A DNA stretch of 21,754 bases from Thermodesulfobacteriota bacterium (GTDB lineage Bacteria > Desulfobacterota > Desulfobulbia > Desulfobulbales > SURF-16): contig JBFMAY010000053.1 in the NCBI GenBank assembly GCA_040755455.1, forward strand, positions 1 to 21,754. Direction: 5' to 3'. Shown here in pieces: positions 9,337 through 17,280 of this stretch (positions are counted from its first letter, which is position 1; each line of letters begins with the position of its first letter). The notes beneath the pieces are model-generated. The model saw only the letters and a program-made list of their open reading frames with translations, did no database searches and was not told the DNA's origin. Position numbers and translations under genes: made by a program.

Positions 9337-11473
9337 AAGCCTGTTCCGGGCCGAAACCCCGTACCTCGTTACCCGCTCTTTTTCCGTCAGGATGCTGCCG
9401 CTTTCCTTCCTTGCCGGCATTTTCATATGTATTGCCATTCCCGCAAGTTACTATTATCTGGGCAGGACCAATGCCGGCCGGCAGGCGGCGGTGCACGCCA
9501 ACTATATTGCCTCCATCTTCCGGGAGGTTCTGGAAAAGCATCCCCTGGCCTGGAAGGAAGAAATTAATGCGCAACTCGTTGTTGCCAATATCCCCCGCAT
9601 AGAAATTTTTGACCGCAATAACAACCTGATTGAGGAGTTGATATCCGGTGCCCTTCCTGCACATCGCTGGTCAATGGTCGCATCGGAACAGAAAGTGACT
9701 TACGGGGGCAGCATCTATGCCTTGGTAAAAGTGGGTATTTCCCTTGAAGAACTGGAAAAGCAAACCCTCATGTTGCTGCTGTTTTCCCTTGCCTGCGGGA
9801 CGCTTGAAGGAATCTCGCTTTTGCTGCTTCCCGTCTTCAAAATCCAGGATGTGGAGGAGCAGATAAACAGATCGCATCAGAAACTTTTGGACGAGCAGCA
9901 AAAGCTGCAGACCTCAGAAGAGAAATTCAGGACCTTTTTTGAATTTGCCCCTGACGGAACCGTCATTTCCACGGCGAGCGGCAGACTGCTTTCCTGCAAT
10001 CATGCCTTCCGGGAGATGTTCCAGATTGACGAGAAGGATCTCCGCAGCAAGAACGCGAAGGACCTTTACTTTGATCCGCAGGCAAGAGAGAGGCTTTTAG
10101 CCGAGCTTTTTGAGGTCGGGGAAGTAAAAAACAGGGAGGTTGTTTTCAGGAGAAAAGATGGCTCGGAGCTGCCCGCCCTGGTTTCCATGAAGCTATTCAG
10201 CAGCCGCATCATAAAGGAAGAGGATGGTCTCCCGGAAAACGAAAATGTGCTGTTGCAGACCATCATACGAGACATCAGCGAAAAGAAAGAGGTGGAGAAA
10301 CAGCTTGCCCAGGCCCATAAGCTGCAAAGTATCGGCTTGCTTGCCGGCGGAGTGGCGCACGACTTCAACAACATCCTGTCGGGCATGATGGGGTACGCGG
10401 GCCTGATCAGGCTGCAGACTCCCGCCGATAAGGATGTGCACCAGTATGCGAAGATTATCGAAAAGGCGGCGATCAGAGGTTCCGAACTGACCAGGAAGCT
10501 GCTGGCCTTTGCCAGGGGAGGGAAATATCTGATTGAGGATGTCAATCTCAATGGAATAGCGGAAGAGGTGCTGGAAATACTGGCGCACACCATTGAAAAG
10601 AAGATCGTTATCTTAAAGGATTTTGACCCGGACCTCCGGAATGTGCGGGCCGATGCCTCGCAAATGAACCAGGTGCTGCTCAACCTCTGCATCAATGCCA
10701 GGGATGCCATGACGGGCCGGGACGGATGCGAGCTCCTCATCAAGACTTTTACTGTTTATTTGGAAAAGAAGAGCTTTCCCACGGGTGATGTGTGTCAACC
10801 CGGTGAATATGTGGGTATAGCGGTCTCCGATACCGGTTCAGGCATGAGCCCGGACCTTTTGTCCAAGATATTTGATCCTTTTTTCAGCACAAAAGAAAAA
10901 GGGCAGGGAACCGGTCTCGGGCTTTCCATGGTTTATGGCATCATCAGAAATCATGATGGCTATATTGATGTGATCAGCAAACCGGGGGAAGGAAGCACTT
11001 TTGTCATATACCTGCCTTCCGCCCCGGCTGGAGAAGCAGGAAAAGTTAATCCAGCCGGACCAGACAGAAAATACGCAGAGGAAACACCCGGCGGAACCGA
11101 GACCATCCTGCTGGTCGATGATGATGCCGCGGTCCGGGATTTCACGAAGGTTCTGCTGGGCGAAAAAGGGTACAATGTCCTGCCGGCAGAGAACGGCGAG
11201 GACGCCATAGCCGTTTACCGGACCAACCGTGATACCATCGATCTCGTGCTCCTGGATATGATCATGCCGAAGAAAAACGGAACAGAGGTTTTTTATGAAC
11301 TGAGGAAGATAAATCCAGAGGTGAAAGTCATTATCGTCAGTGGCTTCAGCATGGATTATCAGGCCCGGCAGTTGCTCAACGATGGAGCCTTTGCCTTTAT
11401 CCAGAAACCCTACCGGACTGACAAGCTGCTGTTTGCAATCCGCGAAGTGTTTGCCCAATTTGTTACAAATTAG
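9308..11473 (+). CDS. Hybrid sensor histidine kinase: 2 TM with short periplasmic domain, PAS, HisKA, HATPase, REC
   Basis: Two TM segments; PAS ending RDISEKK; H-box [26 protein letters not shown]; receiver ILLVDDD...LVLLDMIMP. Overlaps the binding-protein gene by 29 bp. Confidence 0.94.
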   Translation: MEKSFISRIKSLFRAETPYLVTRSFSVRMLPLSFLAGIFICIAIPASYYYLGRTNAGRQAAVHANYIASIFREVLEKHPLAWKEEINAQLVVANIPRIEIFDRNNNLIEELISGALPAHRWSMVASEQKVTYGGSIYALVKVGISLEELEKQTLMLLLFSLACGTLEGISLLLLPVFKIQDVEEQINRSHQKLLDEQQKLQTSEEKFRTFFEFAPDGTVISTASGRLLSCNHAFREMFQIDEKDLRSKNAKDLYFDPQARERLLAELFEVGEVKNREVVFRRKDGSELPALVSMKLFSSRIIKEEDGLPENENVLLQTIIRDISEKKEVEKQLAQAHKLQSIGLLAGGVAHDFNNILSGMMGYAGLIRLQTPADKDVHQYAKIIEKAAIRGSELTRKLLAFARGGKYLIEDVNLNGIAEEVLEILAHTIEKKIVILKDFDPDLRNVRADASQMNQVLLNLCINARDAMTGRDGCELLIKTFTVYLEKKSFPTGDVCQPGEYVGIAVSDTGSGMSPDLLSKIFDPFFSTKEKGQGTGLGLSMVYGIIRNHDGYIDVISKPGEGSTFVIYLPSAPAGEAGKVNPAGPDRKYAEETPGGTETILLVDDDAAVRDFTKVLLGEKGYNVLPAENGEDAIAVYRTNRDTIDLVLLDMIMPKKNGTEVFYELRKINPEVKVIIVSGFSMDYQARQLLNDGAFAFIQKPYRTDKLLFAIREVFAQFVTN

Positions 11474-11492
11474 GCGGTGAAGTATTCACCGC
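11474..11492 (+). terminator. Stem-loop directly after the kinase stop (possible terminator or mRNA 3' protector)
   Basis: GCGGTGAA-GTA-TTCACCGC, perfect 8-bp stem; no U-tract follows. Confidence 0.4.
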
Positions 11493-11564
11493 AGCTGCAG
11501 GCAAAGAGGATAACCTTTCAAAAGACGGAAAGCCGACCAACCTCCTAATGTAATATCAAAAAAT

Positions 11565-11640
11565 TACAAGATTCTGCTGTTGGAAGACGCCCCTTTATCG
11601 GATGCGCAGCATTGCCGGCAACGGCGAGCAGGTCATCGAA
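11565..11640 (+). pseudogene. Decayed receiver-domain fragment
   Basis: YKILLLED (11565-11588) and, in another frame, IAGNGEQVIE (11611-11640) resemble receiver beta1 and the A-x-NG-x-E motif; no intact ORF. Confidence 0.4.
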
Positions 11641-11671
11641 GACAAATATCTGGATACGGGTTGCTGGCCTT

Positions 11672-11700
11672 GAAGGAGTTGGATCACCTAAAACTGGATT
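11672..11700 (+). repeat. Direct repeat, left copy (partner 15279..15306)
   Basis: GAAGGAGTTGGATCACCT-AAAACTGGATT versus GAAGGAGTTGGATCACCT-GAACTGGATT; first 18 bp identical. Confidence 0.85.
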
Positions 11701-11701
11701 C

Positions 11702-12103
11702 ATCCTGCCCGTTCACTCGACCTGTGAGGATGTGTACATGCCCTTGCCGCCGGAGCCAGGGGCTACGTGCTGAAGGAGTCCATCGGCAGGGAGTTGGTTG
11801 ACGCCATCCTGGCCGCCCACCACAATAAACGGTATCTGAGCAGGAAAATCGATGAAAACGGCCTCGCTGATTTTGTCCTCTCCGGCAAAAAGTCCTCACT
11901 GGAACGCCTGAGCAGACTGGAACGACAGGTTCTGCATCTTGTCGTTGAAGGGGGCTTCCAGCGCCGCCATTGCAGAAAAGCTCTTCCTTTCCCCCAAGAC
12001 AGTCGAAACATACCGGAGCCGCATCATGCAGAAGCTCGGAGTCCGGGATATCACCTCGCTGGTAAAGTTTGCCGTTCGGCATGGAATCATCAACGTCGAA
12101 TAG
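11702..12103 (+). pseudogene. Truncated, frameshifted copy of the NarL-family regulator at 4853..5494
   Basis: Lacks the first ~80 codons, including the phospho-acceptor Asp; 1-bp deletion near 11737 (GTACATG vs GTACCATG) and 1-bp insertion near 11950 (GAAGGGGGCTT vs GAAGGCGCTT). Confidence 0.92.
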
Positions 12104-12261
12104 GTTCCGGAAGTTCCCTGCAGATTTCCTGCCCGCCCCCCCTTCCCCCCCAAACATATTTATTGGTCATTTTTCAAGGTTTCCCTACATACAGGCGGGC
12201 TGTCCTCCGCTTTAATAAAATCAGGGAAGGGTAAACAAAATCCAGCAGAGAAAGGTAAGTT

Positions 12262-12380
12262 TTGGAACTGGGGAAAAATGCTTTTCGGAACAGTCCTTTT
12301 TCTTATGACTTTCGGGCATTATTTCGATTCAGTTTTTCGGACTTACCTTTCTTTTGCTGGTGCCCCTGCTGGTTGATATT
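12262..12380 (+). pseudogene. Dead 5' fragment of the 5642 hybrid kinase (end of the duplicated segment)
   Basis: Colinear with 5642..5761; ATG changed to TTG, in-frame TGA near 12306; similarity stops at GATATT. Confidence 0.85.
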
Positions 12381-12412
12381 TTCGTTTCCATGCCCGCCTT
12401 AGGACCTGCGTG

Positions 12413-12940
12413 ATGAACTTTACCACCAAATTCGACCCGGCGCATAATATCATCACCCTGAATGGGGTCCCTGTTTCTCTCCATTGCCATCATTACAACT
12501 GCGGACTCCTGCGGGTGATTGAAAAATTTCCCCACATCGATGCGCACAATATCTTGATCAGGACGGCTGCCGAGGAATTTTGTCAAAACTTCAAGAGTTA
12601 TTTTGCCGATCAGCAGCCGAGTTGTACCGCGGCGGATGCTTTGCGGCTGGCGGCCGTTCTTTACAGTGTCATGGGTTTCGGCAAGATTGATCTGAGCCAA
12701 CTGGGGGAAGAAGGCGGGACCGCCTCCTCGGATTCTTCCTATTTCGTTGTCGGCTGGCTGGCAAAGTACGGTCGCCGGCCAGACCCGGTCTGCTATGTAA
12801 CATGCGGATTTATCGCGGGAATACTTGCCGCTGTTTTCAAGAACCCTCCCGACGCCTATGAGGTGCAGGAAATGAATTGCCTGGTGACAGGTGGGGATTG
12901 CTGCGCATTTTCAGTGCGCAGGAGACAGCATGGCCGTTGA
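12413..12940 (+). CDS. Stand-alone V4R-domain protein (XylR/DmpR A-domain-like) with an HCHHY motif
   Basis: N-terminal FDPAHNIITLNG resembles XylR_N; GFG turn; PVCYVTCGFIAG...EMNCLVTGGDCCAF gives the V4R C/E/C/C pattern; RBS AGGA at 12401. Confidence 0.85.
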   Translation: MNFTTKFDPAHNIITLNGVPVSLHCHHYNCGLLRVIEKFPHIDAHNILIRTAAEEFCQNFKSYFADQQPSCTAADALRLAAVLYSVMGFGKIDLSQLGEEGGTASSDSSYFVVGWLAKYGRRPDPVCYVTCGFIAGILAAVFKNPPDAYEVQEMNCLVTGGDCCAFSVRRRQHGR

Positions 12941-13535
12941 CAGCAGAAAAATTATCGAAGTAGCGTCACGCCTGCCGATCACCAGCAATGAACGAGGCAT
13001 CATGGCCGCCTTCGGTGTCTATGCGATCATGAATTACAATGAATTCTATTTCAAACTGGTTTCCCGGATTATAGAGAAGATGGACGACGCAGAGGCCCAG
13101 GCAGTTGAGCAGAGCCTCTACGATGCGGTTCTGGAATGCGGTTATCATACCTTCCACGGCGTCCGGACCTCCATGCACTGGCGCGAGCATGTGCTGCCCA
13201 TGATCAAGACTCCCGAGGATGAAGTGCATGCCCTGGTTGCCTTTACGAATATTTTCGGCATCGGTTTTATTGAGGTCGAGGAACTGGTGCCAGGGGAAAA
13301 ACTGGTGACCACCGTGCAGAATGCCTATGACGCCGGTCGCTACCTGGAAGAATACGGTCGTCAGCCAAGAGGCCGGTGTTATATGTTCAACGCCTGCACC
13401 GCCTCCTACATGGATCTTGTTTACGGGCCCCACTATCCCCGCGGCATGGGGACCTTCATGTCACGTGAGGTGGCATGCCGATCCATGGGGCATGACACCT
13501 GCACGTTTATCGCTCAACGTCATCCTGCCCCATAG
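12930..13535 (+). CDS. Second, divergent stand-alone V4R-domain protein
   Basis: ATG 12930 after GGAG, overlapping the upstream gene by 11 bp; FGIG turn; GRCYM...EVACRSMGHDTCTF gives the V4R pattern. Confidence 0.85.
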   Translation: MAVDSRKIIEVASRLPITSNERGIMAAFGVYAIMNYNEFYFKLVSRIIEKMDDAEAQAVEQSLYDAVLECGYHTFHGVRTSMHWREHVLPMIKTPEDEVHALVAFTNIFGIGFIEVEELVPGEKLVTTVQNAYDAGRYLEEYGRQPRGRCYMFNACTASYMDLVYGPHYPRGMGTFMSREVACRSMGHDTCTFIAQRHPAP

Positions 13536-13546
13536 AGGTTCACGTC

Positions 13547-15184
13547 ATGAGCGCTACCGATAATATCATCAAATGGCCTTTACAGGTCAGCGCCTACGAG
13601 ATATTGCACTCGTTGCCGGATGCCGTGGTGACCACGGACCGCCAGATGCGGGTCAACTACTTCAATCTGGCGGCGGCCAGGTTGACCGGTTTCCGGCCAG
13701 TCGAGGCTCTGGGCATGTATTGCAAGGATGTTCTGAAATCCGATATCTGCGAGACGGAATGCCTGGTCAAAAGAGCTCTCGATTCCCGCCGGAACGTCTT
13801 CAATGTCGAGACCACCATCACTACCGCTCTCCGTGATAGAACCAACATCCTGGTCAACGCCTCGCTCCTGACCGATTACACGGGCAACATTGTCGGCTAT
13901 ATGTGTGTTTTTCGGGACATCATGCAGCTGAAGAAGATGATGGTCGATCTGGAAAAATCCCGGGATGATCTGGAACGGGCCAACGAGCAGCTCTGGAAGG
14001 AAATTGAGGAACGCAAGCGGGCCGAGGAGGAAAGGGCCAGGATGCAAGCCCAGCTGCGCCACGCCCAGAAGATGGAGGCCATCGGCACCCTTGCCGGCGG
14101 GGTGGCCCATGACTTCAACAATCTCCTCATGGCCATCCTGGGCAACATTACGCTCGTGCTGCTGGAGACGGATCCCCGCCATTCCAATCATAAAAAGCTG
14201 AAAAGTGCCGAGGAATGCATCAAAAGCGCCGCCAGCCTCACCAGTCAACTCCTTGGTTTTGCCCGGGGCGGGAAATTTGATGTCAAGCCCACCGATTTCA
14301 ACGAGCTTGTCAAGAATACAGTCGAGCTTTTTGCCAGGACAAAAAAAGAAATTATGGTGCATACGCAATATCAGGAAAACATCTGGGCCGTTGAGGCAGA
14401 TCAATCCCAGTTTGAGCAGGTGATGTTGAACCTTCTGATCAATGCCTGGCAGGCCATGCCGGGCGGCGGGGATATTTTCATCCGCACGGAGAATTTCACG
14501 GCAAATGGCAAGGAGCCTTTTTCTCTGCAGCCGGGGAAATATGTCAATATCTCGGTAACCGATACGGGTCTGGGCATGGATGAGGCAACCCAGGAGAGGA
14601 TATTTGAACCGTTCTTCACCACCAAGGAAATGGGGCGGGGAACAGGGTTGGGCTTGGCCTCGGTCTATGGCACCATCAAGAATCATGGCGGTTATATCTC
14701 TGTGGACAGCGCGCCCGGCAGGGGCGCCACATTCAGCATTTATCTGCCGGCATCTGAGCAGGAACCTGTCAGGGAGGTGAGCCGCGCCGATGAGGTGGTG
14801 AAAGGTTCGGGAACCGTACTGCTTGTCGATGATGACGCAATCATTATCGATGTCGGGGTGGATGTCCTTGAACATCTTGGGTATCAGGTCATGACCGCAG
14901 GCAGTGGCGAAGAGGCGATTTCCCTTTATGAAAAAAATAAGGGCAGGATTGATATTGTCCTGCTGGATATGATCATGCCGGGTATGGGTGGGGGGAAAAC
15001 CTTCGACAGATTGAAGGAAATCAACCCGGATGTCCGTGTTCTCCTGTTGAGCGGCTACAGTATAGATGGTCTGGCCACCAAGATCTTAAACCGGGGGTGT
15101 AAGGGGTTCCTGCAGAAACCCTTCAAGATTACCGACCTGTCAAAAAAGATCTCAGAAATATCTTGTGACTCAAAAGTTCTGTAG
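13547..15184 (+). CDS. Cytoplasmic hybrid histidine kinase: PAS, coiled coil, HisKA, HATPase, REC
   Basis: No TM segment; [13 protein letters not shown]...VFRDI; H-box [22 protein letters not shown]; receiver VLLVDDD...IVLLDMIMP. Confidence 0.95.
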   Translation: MSATDNIIKWPLQVSAYEILHSLPDAVVTTDRQMRVNYFNLAAARLTGFRPVEALGMYCKDVLKSDICETECLVKRALDSRRNVFNVETTITTALRDRTNILVNASLLTDYTGNIVGYMCVFRDIMQLKKMMVDLEKSRDDLERANEQLWKEIEERKRAEEERARMQAQLRHAQKMEAIGTLAGGVAHDFNNLLMAILGNITLVLLETDPRHSNHKKLKSAEECIKSAASLTSQLLGFARGGKFDVKPTDFNELVKNTVELFARTKKEIMVHTQYQENIWAVEADQSQFEQVMLNLLINAWQAMPGGGDIFIRTENFTANGKEPFSLQPGKYVNISVTDTGLGMDEATQERIFEPFFTTKEMGRGTGLGLASVYGTIKNHGGYISVDSAPGRGATFSIYLPASEQEPVREVSRADEVVKGSGTVLLVDDDAIIIDVGVDVLEHLGYQVMTAGSGEEAISLYEKNKGRIDIVLLDMIMPGMGGGKTFDRLKEINPDVRVLLLSGYSIDGLATKILNRGCKGFLQKPFKITDLSKKISEISCDSKVL

Positions 15185-15278
15185 TGCTCAAGCCCGGGGG
15201 GGATTAGCCATGCCTTTGCCCAGCAATGACCGCAAAATCTTCCGATGACATGTTTGAACACTTGAAAGTGACTCCCCA

Positions 15279-15306
15279 GAAGGAGTTGGATCACCTGAAC
15301 TGGATT
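15279..15306 (+). repeat. Direct repeat, right copy (partner 11672..11700)
   Basis: 18-bp exact match, then AACTGGATT. Confidence 0.85.
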
Positions 15307-15404
15307 GGCAAGTGAAGATCGCCCTCATTGATCTGCCCCTTATCTCCAACTTTTCCGATTTCGAGCTTGATCGTTTTCCTGGACCAAGGAGCCCAAACAA
15401 TTCC

Positions 15405-16580
15405 ATGCGACCATATCAATACCTGAACATTTCCGCTCTTTGTCTGCTCCTTCTGCCTTTCCGGCCAGCCTGGGCCGGCGATTATCTCAATTCGGGCCAC
15501 GGCAGTTCCTCTTACGGCGTCGAGCGCACCAGCACTTCCACCCTCGGTTACGCCCAGGGCAACTGCGCCCACTGTCACGAACAGCATGCCAGCATTGGCG
15601 GGGGAGAACCGGTTCCGGCCGGTGGGGAGGCGAGCGATTATCTTCTCTTTGCAACCAACCAAACCAGCCAGACGGAGAATTTCTGCTTCGACTGCCATCA
15701 GTCGGGCGGCTACCAGACCGGCGGCATTTCGCTCAATAAAAGCTACAGCTATAACTTCGGCGGCGATACAACCGCTGGTTCCTATGACAGCACCATCAAG
15801 GACTCCTTCAGCCATGCCGAATTGCTGGCCGGCTCCTCCCACTACCTGCCGGACATTGTCAGCCAGGTGCTGGGCAATACCATGAAAGACGCCGACGGGA
15901 TCTCATGGTCCCTGCCGGCGGACATCAATCCCTGCGATGCCTGCCACAATCCTCATCTGGCCCAGCGCAATGTCAATTCCCCCTATGATGCTGCCAAATC
16001 GGCCATTTCCAGGCCGAGCGATCATCAACACAGATGGGGTGATGATGCCTCGGAGCGGATGAACGCGGCCTACAGCGACTACCTGGCCCCGTACTGGTGG
16101 GGCTCAGCCGGCCATGAGCCGGACAACAGCGCCACGACGGACGGCTCCAATCTGCCGAACTACGTCAGGCTCTGCACGGACTGCCACAACGAATACAATA
16201 CCATCTACAGCACCAATCCCCGCCTGCACGATGGGCCAAGAAATATCCGGAAATTAAGCTGGAAGATCTCCAGCGCGGTGGTCACGGTGGACGCGCATGG
16301 CGCCTATGGTGGGAGTATCACCTGGCCGAGGAGCCCGTATACTGTCGGGACAGACCACACTCTCTCGTGTCTCGACTGCCACGAGCCCCATGGGTCAAAA
16401 AACAATATCTATCTGGTCCGCTCATCGATCAACAAGGCGGCGATTTCCGTGCCCGACACCACCGACGCCTCATGGCAGAGTTTCTGTTATAACGCCTGCC
16501 ATACGCGTGCCGACCACAATCCAAGTAAACCGGGTTGCCATAACTGCCACTACCATGGCGGCGGGCGGGGCGGTTTCTGA
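15405..16580 (+). CDS. Exported multiheme c-type cytochrome (6 CXXCH + 1 CX3CH)
   Basis: From ATG 15405 there is a signal peptide ending AWA; motifs CAHCH, CFDCH, CDACH, CTDCH, CLDCH, CYNACH, CHNCH. Confidence 0.92.
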   Translation: MRPYQYLNISALCLLLLPFRPAWAGDYLNSGHGSSSYGVERTSTSTLGYAQGNCAHCHEQHASIGGGEPVPAGGEASDYLLFATNQTSQTENFCFDCHQSGGYQTGGISLNKSYSYNFGGDTTAGSYDSTIKDSFSHAELLAGSSHYLPDIVSQVLGNTMKDADGISWSLPADINPCDACHNPHLAQRNVNSPYDAAKSAISRPSDHQHRWGDDASERMNAAYSDYLAPYWWGSAGHEPDNSATTDGSNLPNYVRLCTDCHNEYNTIYSTNPRLHDGPRNIRKLSWKISSAVVTVDAHGAYGGSITWPRSPYTVGTDHTLSCLDCHEPHGSKNNIYLVRSSINKAAISVPDTTDASWQSFCYNACHTRADHNPSKPGCHNCHYHGGGRGGF

Positions 16581-16590
16581 TTGCTGACCG

Positions 16591-16610
16591 TTTGGGGTAA
16601 TTACCGCAAA
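16591..16610. promoter_or_regulatory. 20-bp near-perfect palindrome, possible operator for the Cache/MCP genes
   Basis: TTTGGGGTAA-TTACCGCAAA (one mismatch, no loop), followed by a TTGACG hexamer at 16618. Confidence 0.4.
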
Positions 16611-16689
16611 AAAGAGGTTGACGCTGCCTGAAAAAGCACAAAGCGCTTGTGACAGGCATGGGAAAAAAATTAACAACAGGAGATAGGCA

Positions 16690-17202
16690 ATGATTAAAGA
16701 CTCGTTAAAACACTGTGCCAGACCAATGGTGATGCTGATTGTTCTCGTACTGGTAACGGGAGGTACGTTTACCGCCATGGCGGAGACCGAACACTCCGCA
16801 AAAATCAAGGAAGCCATGACCGTCATGAAAGACAAGGCCGCAAAGCTTGGCGATCCGAGGGCGGACGGAACCGCATTGTTCTTCGGCACGACCAAGATGA
16901 ACGGCAACTATGAGATCGTTGACTCCCTGAAGGCCCAGTTCGGCTGCACGGCCACGTTCTTTGTAAAAAAGGGTGACGGGTTTATCCGCATCAGCACCAA
17001 TGTGCTGAAAGACGGCAACCGCGCTGTCGGGACCCAGTTGGACCCAAATGGACCCGCCATTGCAGCCATACGAAAAGGCGACGTGTTTTATGGAGTTGTG
17101 GACATTCTCGGCAGTCAGTATGACACCGGTTATGAGCCCATTAATAACGCGGCCGGCGACATCCAGGGCGTTTATTACATCGGTTACCCGTTGGCAAAAT
17201 AG
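16690..17202 (+). CDS. Stand-alone exported Cache-domain protein (Cache_3/Cache_2 fusion-like)
   Basis: RBS AGGAG; signal peptide ending AMA; ATFFVKKGDGFIRISTNV...RAVGTQL...FYGVVDILG...YEPI...GVYYIG; no second TM and no output domain. Confidence 0.88.
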   Translation: MIKDSLKHCARPMVMLIVLVLVTGGTFTAMAETEHSAKIKEAMTVMKDKAAKLGDPRADGTALFFGTTKMNGNYEIVDSLKAQFGCTATFFVKKGDGFIRISTNVLKDGNRAVGTQLDPNGPAIAAIRKGDVFYGVVDILGSQYDTGYEPINNAAGDIQGVYYIGYPLAK

Positions 17203-17237
17203 CAGCACAGAAACGAAACAAATTCACAACCCCCGGC

Positions 17238-17257
17238 GCCCCGATCTCCATCGGGGC
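17238..17257 (+). other. Intergenic stem-loop between the Cache and MCP genes
   Basis: GCCCCGAT-CTCC-ATCGGGGC, perfect 8-bp stem without a U-tract. Confidence 0.45.
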
Positions 17258-17280
17258 CCACAACATGCCAGGAGCGTTGC

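Noticed and set aside
11505..11550. GACGGAAAGCC resembling a cyclic-dinucleotide (GEMM-I) riboswitch core
   Set aside because: No convincing P2 stem with a GNRA loop and no downstream P3 stem; an Infernal scan would settle it.
11678..11689. GTTGGATCACCT resembling the 16S rRNA 3' end (also at 15285)
   Set aside because: The anti-Shine-Dalgarno CCTT continuation and all upstream rRNA sequence are absent.
11767..12234. 155-aa ORF as an intact regulator
   Set aside because: It is the frameshifted pseudogene read through into non-homologous sequence; it lacks the phospho-acceptor Asp and the HTH recognition helix.
12891..12929. Longer GTG start for the second V4R gene
   Set aside because: It overlaps deeply with the first V4R gene; ATG 12930 has a good RBS.
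13580..14875. 431-aa minus-strand ORF, and similar long antisense ORFs (3903-4682, 6638-7480, 8020-8967, 10066-10743, 19858-20667)
   Set aside because: They are shadows of well-supported + strand genes in GC-rich coding DNA, with no recognisable motifs.
15312..15404. Longer GTG start for the cytochrome
   Set aside because: The signal peptide begins at ATG 15405 and an AAGGAG lies upstream of it; the extension would bury the signal peptide.
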